The notes beneath the pieces are model-generated. The model had not been told where the DNA came from. It did no database searches and was given only the letters and a program-made list of their open reading frames with translations. Made by a program: the position numbers and the translations under genes. 64,000 nucleotides of DNA from Vicugna vicugna (Eukaryota): NCBI GenBank assembly GCA_013265495.1, contig MU058384.1, positions 3,891,239-3,955,238 on the forward strand, read 5' to 3'. Within the stretch, counting starts at the first letter, position 1; every line of letters starts with the position of its first letter. Shown piece after piece: positions 26,415-39,300 of the stretch.

Positions 26415-26650
26415 TAATAATAGTTGCCAGTATTTATTGAGCACTTGATATGTGCCAGGTGCTTTATATAGGTAATTTCATTTTAATCTTAGTATTCCTG
26501 TGATGGATAGAGAGAATCATTAAACTCCTCTTTTCACTGCACTGCGTTGAGACTCAGAGTTTAATTGACTTGCTCAGGATGACGCAGTGGGAAGTGCCAG
26601 AGTCTGAGTTAGAACCCAGGTCTGCCCAGAGTCCACACTCCTAAACATTG
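26415..26650 (-). mobile_element. MIR SINE
   Basis: ATTTATTGAGCACTTGATATGTGCCAGG...GACTTGCTCAGGATGAC...GAACCCAGGTCTG. Confidence 0.8.
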
Positions 26651-26820
26651 CTCTTGATATTTTGAACACTGGTTCTATTTTGTAGGTGTCTAGGTGTTTT
26701 TGTCCTTCTTGGATCATTTCCCTTATGTCTTTGAGCTGCATCTCTAACACTGTTTTCTAAGTTTGAGGCAAGATCCTGCTCACAGTTCTTTAGGTAAAAC
26801 CTCAGCTTCCATAGTCAGTA

Positions 26821-27014
26821 CAGTCACCCCTTAGTATCCAAGAATTGGTTCCAAGAACCCCCACAGACACCAAAATCCATGTGGATGCTCTGGTCCCTTA
26901 TGTAAGTGGCTCAGTACAGGCTGCTCTTCGCATCCACCAGCCCCGCACCCAAAATCCTATCCGCACCTTGTGGAATCTGTGGATGTGGAACCCACGGACA
27001 TGGTGGGCCAACTG
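26821..27014 (+). mobile_element. MER2-like (TcMar-Tigger) element
   Basis: TA|CAGTCACCCCTTAGTATCC...TTGGTTCCAAGAACCCCCACAGACACCAAAATCC...GAACCCACGGACATGGTGGGCCAACTG with terminal inverted repeats. Confidence 0.8.
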
Positions 27015-27585
27015 CACGTGCTTCCAGAATTGCACTTTGGCTTCAGGTTACGACAGAAACTCCTGAGCCTGTCTTTGGAGAACTCTTCAGTCTTTCAATG
27101 TCTTGTCATGTCATTTGAACCAAGGGATTTCTAAGCGCTTGCTAGACTGGTAGATCCTGAAAACTGTTCTGCAAGGGTGATCCGTCCCCTTCCACCACTC
27201 CCATCTCACTGTACAAAACAAAACAAAAGAAAATCAGTAACCAGGAGGGGAGGCTTTTCTTCGGTGACAGAAGGACCTCAAGGTTATCTTCCCTTTTCCT
27301 ACTGATAGCAGACCTAGTAGGTAAAGTCTCACTTTTTTTTTTTTTTTTTTTTGTGAATAGGAGAGTAAGCTCTTTCTTCCCCAAGACTGGAGGAGCCCAC
27401 GAGGGTTGGGAGGTCTCCACTGCCATGACCTTGCTCTCCTCAATACTTTTTTGTTTGTAAACTTGAGTGGCAGCCCGTTGATTCTGTTTCAGAACTTTCC
27501 CACAGAGGATGCAGAGTTTATTTGCTAAATCAAGGAAACCTGTGGCTTCTCTGAGTTCTTCAAAGAAGTAAACCTCAGTGATGCA

Positions 27586-27675
27586 TCCAAGGTTGGCAAA
27601 CTACAGCCTGCAGACAGATCTGACTTTGGCCTGTTTTTGTGTTAAGAGCTAAGAATGGCTTTTTACATTTTTTTA
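27586..27675. mobile_element. MER58-like fragment, followed by an old L1 3' end
   Basis: GGTTGGCAAACTACAGCCTGCAG...GAGCTAAGAATGGCTTTTTACATTTTT. Confidence 0.65.
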
Positions 27676-27764
27676 AAAATCATAGTAAAATATACATAAT
27701 ATAAAATTTACCATTTTAACCATCATTAAGTGTACGTGACATATGTGACATACTCATGTGATTG

Positions 27765-28135
27765 GAAAGCCTGGCTCACTCATGGGCTATATTGAGCTCA
27801 AGGGTTGGTCAGGCAGGAAGGTCCATGATGACCTCACTGTCTTGCCTTGCAGTTCACGGTGGTAGTCCACTGGGGCACTGGGGTTCTCCTCCATGTGGCC
27901 TCTCATCCTCTAGTAGACTAGACATGTTTTGGGGAAGCATTCTAGGGGAGTGAAAGCTCCAAGTCCTTTTCTGGCCTTGTCTTGGAAGTTAAGGTCACTT
28001 CTGCCACATACAAGGTCAAAACATGTCACAAGGCTAGCTCAGATTCAAGGAGTAGTGGAAGAGACCCACCACCCAGTGGTGTGAGGAGAGGCAAAGTCAG
28101 ATTGCAAAGGACCTGGACACGTGTTTACAGCCCAC
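27765..28135 (-). mobile_element. MLT1-family (MaLR) LTR
   Basis: TTCTCCTCCATGTGGCCTCTC, TCACTTCTGCCACAT, GTCACAAGGCTAGCTCAGATTCAAGG, GCAAAGTCAGATTGCAAAGG. Confidence 0.75.
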
Positions 28136-29634
28136 CAGAGGCTGTTATTTAATACTTTGACACAGCTGCTAATGTTCACTGACCCCAGATGCATCGCTAT
28201 GATTCTAATTTATATGGAATGCTGGTGGGAAAGTATGCCAGACTGGCATGCAAATATATATTATTCTTTCCCAGAATATATTTATGAGTGTGCTTATGTA
28301 TATACATTGTTTTAAAACATGTACTAAATGGCAGTTTTGTATTTTGCACCTGGGAGCATATAATTCAGAAACTTCATCCTATGTATTTATGGCCAACTTA
28401 GTGAAGTTCTTCAACTGGGCTGGGCAAATAAATGACTGAAAAGATTAATATGTACATTGGCCAGAAGTTGCAAAATAAGTCTTTCCTATACTGATTAAAA
28501 TGTTAACTTTGATATTCTATATGATTTCAAATGTTTCTTTCTTTGGATGCATTTTCATTATAAATGAGGTTCTTTGATCAAAGTAGAGATCAAATTCCAG
28601 CACATTCATATATTCAGATGCTGTGTATGCCCATGCATAGTTGCTTATAAAAAGCTCTGGATTTCAAAAGGTGTTTATGTAATTTTTATATATTCATCTA
28701 TTTTAAATCCTTTATATAGATATATAATCTTCATATATTCATTGCCTTAGAGATATAGCTATTCAAGCCAAGTGGCCAGGTGGTTTGTAAGACCTCTCTG
28801 CTAACCGTAATTTGCATCTCCTCCATCACCAGTCCACTCCCTCTTGACTGATGTCTGGGACTCTACCTTCTCCCTCCAACCTCCAAACACTCTCTGTCCA
28901 TTTCCCCTGGGCAGATAAAATCACATTCACATAGATACAGATACTCATGAGCACCCTGAGACACAGAGCCTTCCAGGTTTCATCTCATTCTGGATCCATT
29001 GTATGTACTATCTGACTAAAGTCATTGGGAAGGAAAAGTGCTTAAGTCCTGTAACTGTTTCTCCTTCCCGTCTCCCTGTCCCTATGACATGCAGGTCCCA
29101 GCATCCCCAGTGTCGTCAGCTGCATCTGTTACCTCACATACAGGCCCTATTTATTCTCCCCATCCCGTTGCCATGCTGCTGCTGCTGCTGAGGTCTTGGA
29201 TGTTTCTCTTTTTGACTATAAGAATCTAAATCTAGAATTCTTTCTTAGTGGTAGTGTGTCTTAAAGAGGACTCCCTAAAACTGCTGGGGTCGTCAAGATT
29301 CGTGGATCTGTGAAATTATATACAAAGAGTGTGTATATGTCCTTATGCACACTTTTTTCCTGAGGAAAAATGTATAGCTTTTATAAGGTTCTCAAAAGTA
29401 TGCATAACCTAAGAATAAAATCCCTTTGCCTATGGGATCTCAGTAAAACAGAGGAAAGGGTGAAGGGATACAGGAGAGAAAAAAATATATAACTATTTTG
29501 CTGTATTACTGGGTCCCCCTGCCAGAGGGGGTACAGAGCATGAGGTTAGGGAAGAGGGTAGGAAAAGAAGAAACCATGGTACCAATGGAGAGTGAATCAT
29601 GCCAACCAGTCCCCAAGACAAGGAGAAAAAAGGG

Positions 29635-29985
29635 AAACATTTAGTGAGCACTTTCGTGTGCCAGAATTTGGGCTACATGCTCTAATTCTTCATTTAATCC
29701 TCTCCAAAACTTACTGGTTTGATGGGAAGCCTTTGGGTTTTGGAACTAGTGAGAAATGCCTAGATCTAGATTTGAATTTTGGCTCACTGCTTCACTGTGT
29801 AACATCTGGTAAAGCCCTCTAACCTCTGAAACCCAGTATTCTTAATTGTAACATGAGGTTAAGAGTACTTACTGAATTTGCATGAAGATTGGGTATTGTC
29901 TGTAGAAGTTTTAGGGACTCAGTAGATGGCAGCTGATATGATCATATTTTAAAGATAAGGTTGATATTTGGGGGTTGGTTACAAG
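29635..29985. mobile_element. MIR (+) nested in MIR (-)
   Basis: Minus-strand MIR start at 29635-29710, plus-strand MIR at 29715-29935, minus-strand core resuming at about 29940. Confidence 0.55.
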
Positions 29986-31886
29986 ACCAGAAAGGGGCTG
30001 GCCCTGCGATAGGTTTCCAGGGGTTAATTCGCCACGAAGTTTAGCACTTTGTGTTTCTACAGTCCCCTCCTTCTAGGAACCCTCCCTCTTATTCCTAGGT
30101 TCTGATAGCCTTAGCTGTTGTTTGGAATCAGGGAAAGTTCTGCCTTCATACAGTAGGGAAACTGTGTTCCTGGCAACTCAGGTTGAAACTGGCCTATGGA
30201 AATACTGCTGTGGGGCTGCACTGAAGGTACCTCTCGGCTGTAGATCGTAGGTTGGGTTGTGGGTCACAGGGGCTTTAGTGGGTCAGCCTAGGAGCTAACA
30301 TACGTAACGTTGTTTCTGTGGGGGAACTATTTTCTGTATTCCAGTTAAATGCCCTATTCATATGTTGGGGATTACTGGTATATGTGAAAATTGGTAAGGT
30401 CTTGAGGAATTGTATTCTCAGGCAAAAATTAAGAGACTCAGAGAAACATGACATTGACAAATATTTGTACTTTTCCTTATTGTTCATTAAGTTAACTCAG
30501 TGTAGTTTTGACTTGAAACTTGTTCTCCTCGTTTATTAGTTGCATGACAGCAGAATGAGGGACACATAGGAGAACACTTATTGTCTCTCCTTTTGTGAAA
30601 ACTCAACTTCTGTTCCCTTCCAGCCATAAGTAGTTGGGAGCTGCTGCTATGAGTGAGCTCCAGGAGTGCCCCACCCTGGCCAGGCCTGGGTCGTGAAACC
30701 CATCATGGACACAGTTCTTCCTCTGAAGGAAAAGAAGCTAGCTTTTCATGAGCCACTCATTTCTTTTTTTGCCATACCTCTGGGATAGGGAGAGATGGAT
30801 CCAGTGTGTTCATGAACAAAAGAAGTATATTTGTTGATAATACATGGTTTAGGGATGTAAGTTATGCCCTTTATATTTGTAGCATAAACATTTAAACTGT
30901 TATAGCTTGTTTTTGAATATTTTAATTATTCCTCTGACTGAAACATTTCTTATGAATTTAGTCCTCCATGAGCCAACACTTTCTCTGCTGCTTTTACTTT
31001 AAGGGGACTTTTAATAAATTATTTTAGCTTTCTTATTAGTATTTTCATTTTCCAGTTATTTCTTTGTTTTGGATCTGTATAGGTAAAATTCAAGGGAAAA
31101 AATTCAAGACTTGTGATTCTTAAAGCCAATCTTGGTGTAAACTTGCAACTGTCATTTTCCTAGCAAATAGGTTTTAGGTATATATAGATACCAATAGTTA
31201 TATCCAAATGCCTGTCCTCTCTCACACTTTGGACGCGTGGACCTATGTAAATCCCAGTTGAAAGAATCTTAGGTTGATGTACCTGTCAGGAATACATCTT
31301 TTGTGTGTATATGGAGATATACATATATATAAATATAATTTATGTATAAGTAAAATCTCACATATACTTCTCACTGGTCATGAAAATAAGCTTATATATT
31401 AATTTAAACCCAGAATCTGGAGGACAGGAGCTCAAAAATGAGCTTAGGTGGGCTATGACCAAACTGGAACAGTCTACGCACAATTGTTTGGGTATGCATT
31501 TTCCTAAGAGGACTTGGAGTTTACGGACTTCTCTTAGAGAAAGCTGTGACACGAACAGTTTAGAGCCCACTTTTATGGAGTAAGTCAGGCAGTAGACCTA
31601 AATAATGTTTTTCTCCCGTCCTTGGAAGAATCTTGAATTTAGTTTTCCATATGCTCAAGCTTCTTAGGGTCTTAGAGATTTAGGGAGGGTAGGAGGAGCT
31701 GACTATGTGCAAAGGATGGGCAACAATGATAAATACGGAGAGAATCAGTGCAATTTCAAGGGCCAAATAGAGCTTTTGCTAGGCCAGGGGCTTGAGTGCC
31801 TTTACCAGGTTGATGCGACCGTACATGAAGCTTCAGCGAGAATCTCAGCTTTATAAAATGAGCTGTTATGCTTTTTCTCTTCTGTA

Positions 31887-31917
31887 TGTGTGTGTGTGTG
31901 TGTGTGTGCGTGCGCAC
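31887..31917. repeat. (TG)11 microsatellite with CG-containing tail
   Basis: Read directly from sequence. Confidence 0.95.
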
Positions 31918-34900
31918 AAGAGGTGATCATATATGTGTGTGTGAGGTGACCTTGCATCACGGTCTCCATGGACACAGGGTGATCCTGATCTGGAAAGGCT
32001 TGTGTTCTATATTACTGAATCTGGAGACTCTCAGGGAATATTTTGTCCCCTGATTTGACAATATGAAGTTGTCAGTGGTCTCAAGTTTTGCTTTGTAGTC
32101 CTACTCTTTAAAGATGGACACATCTTATCTGTTGGTTGACCACTTTTTTTTCTAGTTTGTCTCCTGTCGATGTAACTTTTATCTCATGTAAGCAATACTC
32201 AAGAATGAAGGGGCTCTGTGAATTAGTTGTAGCCTCAGTGTTCATGAAACCCAATAGGGAGAAGATAGTGACTACTTAAGGATTTTTTTGTTCAAATTGT
32301 GGTAAAACACACATAAAATTTACCACCCTAGCCATTTTTAAGTTTTTCTAGTACGGTCGCATTGTTTTGCAGCCATAGGATTTCTCAGCAGTGGGTTTTC
32401 CTGTGCAGATATTTCTATTTAGTCAGATTTTCTCCTCTAGGAAACCGTTTGCCTTACCCCAAGGACAATGTAAGTAAAACTTGCCTGCTAAAATAGCTGA
32501 GTTTATCAACTCAGCTTTCACAATAATAAAAGAAAAAAAAAGACTCAATATTACAACTGCCAGCAAATCTGTTACTAAATCTGTCGGGATTCTAATTTCG
32601 CTGCTGCATATCACACCCTGTGAACGCAGCCTTTCTTGTGGCTGATCCTCATGTTTCCCTTTTCTGTTTCCTAAGTAACGGTCTATTTTGAGGTTGGCTG
32701 CGAGACCAAAGGCGCCCACCTCAGCATGCCTGGTTCTCCCAGTTCAGACCAACAGATGTTGATTACCTATTAGGCTGAGATACGGTATCTCCAGTTCTCT
32801 TCAGTGTCATGGAATGCCCTTAAAAAAGAGAAGTGGTTTTATACCTAACGAATAAAAATGGTAAAGTATTAAGAACTCTAAAGATTTTTATTAGTTATAT
32901 CCTGAGAGATAGGTAGGTTGTACCCTCCCCACCTTATTAGATGTGGAGTCTGAAGCACAGAAACTGATAACAGCACCCGGGTGGTAGAGCTCACTGTCAA
33001 AGGCTACAGGGTGCTAGACCCAGTCCGGTGTCTTTCTTAGTCTCACGGGGAGACAAAACCACCACTGGGAAAGATGAGATTAGCAGGCTTCTCTGCCAGA
33101 GCACTTATCTCACGTCTCAGAGTTTTGAAAATTGAATCCAGTGTGAAAGATATGATACTTTGAGTATGGAATTTGAATATGTTTTGTAGAAATAACTTTG
33201 CAAAACATTACTAAGATGATAATTGAAGAACTGTGACTTTAAAGGGTGAAGGGTTTTACCAACAGAAAGTCCCTTAGTCTAGCTTATTCAAATGTTTGTT
33301 TTTAAAAGTTGAAGATAAAGGTTGAATTCAGGGTGCTTCTCAACACTATACATACAGTAGTATTAGGCTCTGTGTGATTTTTAGTCAAAAGACCTTTTTC
33401 AGTCTTTAACAGAATTTTTGGTTCTAGAACATCTGTGAATGTTCGTAACAAAATTGTGTAAATGTATGTACGCTACTTCCCAGTGGCGATTCTTCCAAGT
33501 AGACAGATACTAAGTACTCTACTTGGTGGTGCTGTAACTGGCTTTGGTGTAAGGCATTGCCTTTGCGCCTATCTCAGGATACTTTGAATGAAAGTATCAT
33601 TTGATATTTCTACTTTATCTCTTTTGGTTTTCGGGGAAATTTCTTGGGTTCATCTAGCAAGATTAAGATGAAGAATTTTATTTTCATTACTTTTGTTCTG
33701 TTATATAATTCTTGTATGGAGCTAATGCTCTCTATACTGTCATTTTGAAATGAATTAAATCTATTATTTATCTCATGATATCTTTTCAACCCTACTGATA
33801 TAACCGAGTAATTGGAATGAATTCTTCATTTTTCAGGTGAAAAATACTCAGATAACAAAGAAATGTAAATACCTCTTCCCAAATACTCAAAGAAAGAGAA
33901 ATAGTAGAGTGAGGGTTACATATATTTTTAAATTGTACATACTAATTTGCAACAAACCATGCTTATTTGAGAGAGAATTTCTCTTTTTCCTTCATCCATC
34001 AGAAGATTGGATGATTCCATGAGTTTAAAATAAGAAATATAAGCTTTTAACGTTGCTTAGTAGTTTATGGAAAGATACTAGGTACAATTCCTGACCTGGA
34101 GATACTGTCTGTCTTATTACTGGAAACAAAAACTAAAGGAAGTGACCTCATGTTTGTTATATTTACTTCTTATAGTGTATTAATTCCACAGTGTCTTGCA
34201 TTCTAGCTATTTTTTGATAGGTCCTAACCATCTCCTTTTGGAAAATAAGCTCATGGGTAGGGGAACAGGACAGAGAAGTCTTTTTCCCACCCACCCCCTC
34301 CAATTTTCCTGGGAATCTATTTGCATATTGAGAATGTGGATGATAATGTAGAAAACTCTCAAGTGATTATTTCTTGCGTAGAAGGAATGTATTTATAGCA
34401 TGATTATTCTGCTATTTTCCCACTAAATCCATTCTTTGAGATGAGAATGTGAAGCCAAACATAGCCAGCCAGTCATGGGGAAAGACTGGAGCGACGTTTT
34501 GGTGTATTTGGTTTAGTGTTGAAATCTACGGTGCCCATTCACTGTAACCCACAAAATGGATGTTCGGCTCATGTTGTAAAAATGATTTTTAAAAGAAAAT
34601 AAGAAAAGAGAGGAGAGAGATAACTAGAGCTCACTTTTATTGTTTTATTCTTCAGCTTTGTCCCTTGCTTGTTGGTGATGCTAACATTGTACAGGGACTA
34701 CAGTTTACTCACCAGGTTGTTTTTCTTCTTCATCTGTGCGGCTGTGTGTGAGTAATGGCTGCCCACAGTCTGAAGTTGTTGTGATAAGCTGAGTGACGCC
34801 ACTTAATAGACTGGGTTCAGGCACCACAGGGTGTGAAATCTAGGTCACTCGTCATAAGCAGCCTTGTCCTAGGAACAAGAGGCTTGCTGGTTGTCATCTG

Positions 34901-34957
34901 TTTTGCACAAATAGTTCATGTTGGCACTTGTAATCATTGGCATAAATTGGGTCAGGT

Positions 34958-35030
34958 ATGAAGTTGAACTATATGAAATTGCCATTCTTTACCTAAAGTG
35001 ACAATTGCATGCTAACAGTTTAACACACAG
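34958..35030. mobile_element. MADE2-like mariner-derived miniature element (degenerate)
   Basis: GTTGAACTATATGAAATTGCC start with a decayed inverted end. Confidence 0.5.
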
Positions 35031-35389
35031 TACAGTGAAGGAAGTCGATGTAAACTCTCACACTATAATTTTGAGCCTATTTTTGTTTAAAAAAAATACA
35101 ACCTGTTAAAAACACACTGTATAGTCTATGAGAATTTATACAGTTATTATCTTTCACTTTCAGACAGTATTATCAAGGGCAGAAATTTCATAGGAGGGTA
35201 GAGTTGGATTCTGGGACTAAAGAAAAGTAAGATACAAAAACATCACAAAGTCCTAACTACAGTAATGTCAGAGATCTCTAAAGCATCAAGTATGCCTCAG
35301 AAAGAGGAGTGGATTGGGGAGAAGGGAGGAGGGATCTTAGGGGCAGGGTTAAGGGGAAGGTTCCAGAGCATCCCTTGGAGCTTCCCAGG

Positions 35390-35792
35390 TGTAATCTGAA
35401 ACTGGCCCCTTTACACGGAGGGCAGGGAAAGACCTCAGGAAAGGGCAAACCACTCCGCATTGGTAGCAGGCAGGTTTAATAAACAAGGGAACTTAACTTA
35501 CAAGGCTTGTCTTGGGCAGCCACAAGACAAATAGGTCTCCACACCCTCCTGCCAGCATCCTGAAAGTTTATATAGAGGCTTTAACTGGGTTCAGTAATGT
35601 CCACGGTCCAGGTGGGCTCCACACCACACGACTCTCTCAAAAGCTTTATCCTTGGGTAGCTTCTCACAGAAGGTAGACAAGCAGAACAGAACGTACATTC
35701 TGGAGGTAAGGGAGGGTGTGGGCAGCCTCCAAATGCCTGGGTCCAGCTCACAGGTCACACTAACAATCATATCTTCTTAATGACCTTCCCCA
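35390..35792 (-). mobile_element. Solo LTR, antisense to the host gene
   Basis: TG...CA ends with flanks CCAGG/GCAGG. On the minus strand a TATA box (CTATATAAA, about 35567-35575) precedes an ATTAAA poly(A) signal (about 35475-35480). Confidence 0.6.
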
Positions 35793-38744
35793 GCAGGTAG
35801 GGAGAGAATGCAGGTCCACAGGCAGAGGCCTGGCAGGCAGACCTAGAGTGGTAGAGGATGTGATTTGAGATCTTTAAAGGCAGAGATGATAGGAACACAC
35901 CCTAGCACCAAGGTCAGCTCCCCTTCCAAGCAGCAGGTGCGAATAGGTATCTGGAGAGAGAGTGAGGCACATAGTTTCTGCTTCCCATTATCCCCAAAGG
36001 ATACATCCAGACTCTTGCCCTGAATCATGCTGTTTGCTGATGCCTGAAATCATGTATCTGAGGGATGCAGTTTTTGCTTAGCTATTAAAGTAAAATACAA
36101 ATATCTGAAAGAAACAGTTCATGCCACACTTGATAACAATGAATTGTAATCAACTCAGTAATTAAAGGTGGATGGGAAAAAACCTTCAATAGTACTTTGG
36201 TGGTTTGGATGTGAGGAGTTATTAAGAAAGGAAGGTACTGAATACCTGAAAACAGGATGATGATGTGTGAGCATGAACACTATAACAGACTTTTCCATTT
36301 TTCTTAAAACTGGCTGTGTTTGTCTTTTGCAGTATACAAAGGTAAAGTTTAATTAATTGAGGTCCTGCCGTATCTTAATGGCATAATTTAGAGTATTTCT
36401 ATCGTTAAAACAAAAGTTATAAGAATAAACGAGTAGCTTTTCCTTGGACCTCTTATTTTACACAGCTAAATTACATCATTAGAATTTCATCTAGCTACTG
36501 AAGAAAATCTTCCTGAGGGCATTTGAGTGGGATGTTCTCAAGTCTTCATAGTTTTGCTTGTGCCTCAGATTGCTTCTCCCACTTCTGTTTGGGAAGCAGA
36601 TCTTAATAATAACTATAGGATTAATAACTACAGTGTGTGATGGTTGAAGTCTTAATGGCTAGTGTACTTTGCTGTTTCTAACTTTGCATTTAGATATAGA
36701 AGGATTCCTTTTACCCTTCGCTAGCCAAAGTCTTCCTTGTGCTAGCTTAGGAGAACAATTATATATGGAAGTAGAATCATGTCTTTGGCTGTCTGCAGTT
36801 GAGAAGTATGTTGTGAATCTGTGGCATAACTGATGCTTCTACAAGTTCTGTGTTACGAGCTTGCTGTTCTTATTCTTAGAAAGGGCAACGTTGTTGCCTT
36901 GGCAACTCTGACTAGGTTTTCGCAACTCTAACATGGAAAATAGATTTAAAATCTTCAGATGAGAAAACTATATTGGCAGGGGGAACTACACTTTACCTGG
37001 CTTTTGGTTAAGAGCACACCATTTTGGTTGAGGATGCATTGATTTCATTTTAAGTCACATGTTATTCTGAAATAAATGAGAAATTCCTTTCAGGTTTGAC
37101 TAAATATTACCATTTGCTTTAATCACACATCAGATTCTTTTCTCTTACATTTATAACTTTCTTAACAATCCTTTAAATTCTATTTGGTTTTCAGTTTCAG
37201 TGTTTTTAATTTGTCTTGCCTCTTTAGATGACTCTTCCTTCCCTATGCCTACCACTACCCATTGCTTATTATTTCCTTTATAATCTTGAGACCACAGGGT
37301 GCTCAAAAACTTCTGCTGGGATGCCTTCACCACTCCTAGTCTGCCTTGGCATTCCCAGTGTGCTGGCAGTTTTTAAGTTGATCACGTAAAAGCATTTACA
37401 TCCATTCATGATGGAAGACCGGAGTGTGCCATGGGGATCTGTCTGCAGGATCAATGTCCCTAGTATAAGAACTCTGACATTACAGAGCATTGGAGTGACC
37501 CAGAGTATACTGTTGCCAAACAAAATGAATGGCATGAAGAGGTAAAAATGAGGTAGGCAAAGATGGAGAAGGATGGAATCATTACCGTTTGGGATAGAAG
37601 GGCAGATGTTAATCAGGTATTCTCTGGTTAATAGCAGCTTAAAGAAACATACCTTCTTCTGTTTAAAGATTTGTGAGTTGCTTTTCAGAATTTAAATGAA
37701 TTTATGCAATTTTTTACCAGTCAGTACGACGTGCATTGATCTCCACATCCACCCTGCCATAGGCTGGGGGATGAATTTTGGAATTTCATTTAAAACATAT
37801 AGTTTGCCCTTGGAAGGTATAGAAATGACTGTAATTTGGAGTCACTTCCAATGTTGTTTAGGGAAATTAGCACCCATTGGATTCTCTGTTCCTATTAAAA
37901 TCAGAAATCTGAAAAAAATTGTAAAAATAGAGGGATGGGTAGTGAACCTAAGCAGGACTGTGTGGGGATAGACATAGGTCAATGGCTAAAAATCTAAAAA
38001 TCCCTAACTTATGTAGTGCATGTGTTCCCTCTAGTGTATTATTTCTCAAAGCATGTAAGAACTTAAGTGCTTAGTGTGGCACATAGCAAGAATCAATACT
38101 TGTTGTTTGACTGGACATTATTATATTCTATATCAAGAACAAAGTAGGACTTTGTGTTAGTGATAATCATTTGGGGGGAACATATCATGTAGGCAAAATA
38201 AATGTAGAATCATATTATTTGCTTTTGCTACATTTGATGATACCAAAAAAAATCTAGGAAGACTGCCAAAATAGTGTCACCACCATCTTTGAATTTTAAA
38301 CGGGGAATAAAAATGTGGGAGAAGTTATACTTGGCGTGTGATTTTTCTCCAGAGTAGGAAATCTTGTACAGGAGATTTATCTAGAAGCTACTTAAAACTT
38401 CAAAAAGGGATATTGAGAATAAAGTCAGTTCTAGAAATTTGCCGTTTTGAAATGTTATAATTATCTAAATATGAATATAATGTGAAAGTAAATAAGTGTA
38501 AGCTGCCCTTTTCCCATAAGGCTTGTCTCTTTTGACTGGTTTTCTGGAAAGGCCTTTTTCCAGAATAAATATGCCTCTTGACAAGACTTTCAGCTCTCCA
38601 CATGGGCATGTGAAGTGAGCGCCCACGTTAGTGGTCCAACTTCAGACATCTTTTCTGCCATCACTCATCGCAGGAGCACAGAATATCATGAACAGAAATA
38701 GTCTCCAGGCATCTCCTACTAGTTACTGCCTAAATATTTTAAGT

Positions 38745-39300
38745 GGAACATACATTTTTCTGATAGTAAAAGTAACAAAGGTTGTGAGACACTTAGAAAA
38801 TGCAGAAAAGGATTAAATTTATTTTTAAATAATCTGTAATCCTACCTTCTACATATAGCTATGTTAAGATTTTGGTGTGTGTGTATGTGTGTGTATATGT
38901 ATATAAATTCTTTATAATCTAATGTTTGTGTGTGTTTACAAACTTGTCAGATAATTGCAAACTATCTTCTTTCCACTTAATGTCAGAAGCATTTTTGAAA
39001 CATTCTTCTGAAACAGTTTTAATAGATAATCTTATTTGAAATTTCTGTTGATTTTTTTAGGCAAAGAAATGATGGGTTATTTTAATGTGCATTTATTTAA
39101 TAAAAACTGATAAATAATTCTTACATGCTTATTAACATTTCCCTTTTGTCGATTACATGTTTATTTCTTGTGGCATTTTTCTAGTGGAGTGTTTATCTTT
39201 TTCTTTTTAATAAGTAAAGGATACCTACCTTTTTCTGGTCACACATGTCATAGATATTTTCCCATTTTAGCGTTTGCAATTTAATAGTTAGGGATTTTTG
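38745..39300 (-). mobile_element. Old L1 (L1ME-like) fragments
   Basis: T-rich degenerate antisense L1 motifs (TTTCTGTTGATTTTTTTAGGCAAAGAAATG, CATTTTTCTAGTGGAGTGTTTATCTTTTTC). Confidence 0.45.

Noticed and set aside
27333..27370. Poly-T acceptor + GAGA + GTAAGC as a 4-nt microexon
   Set aside because: Frame-shifting, purine-rich just before the AG, and built on a simple poly-T tract; likely chance.
29520..29535. CTCF-like GCCAGAGGGGG
   Set aside because: Incomplete match to the core motif.
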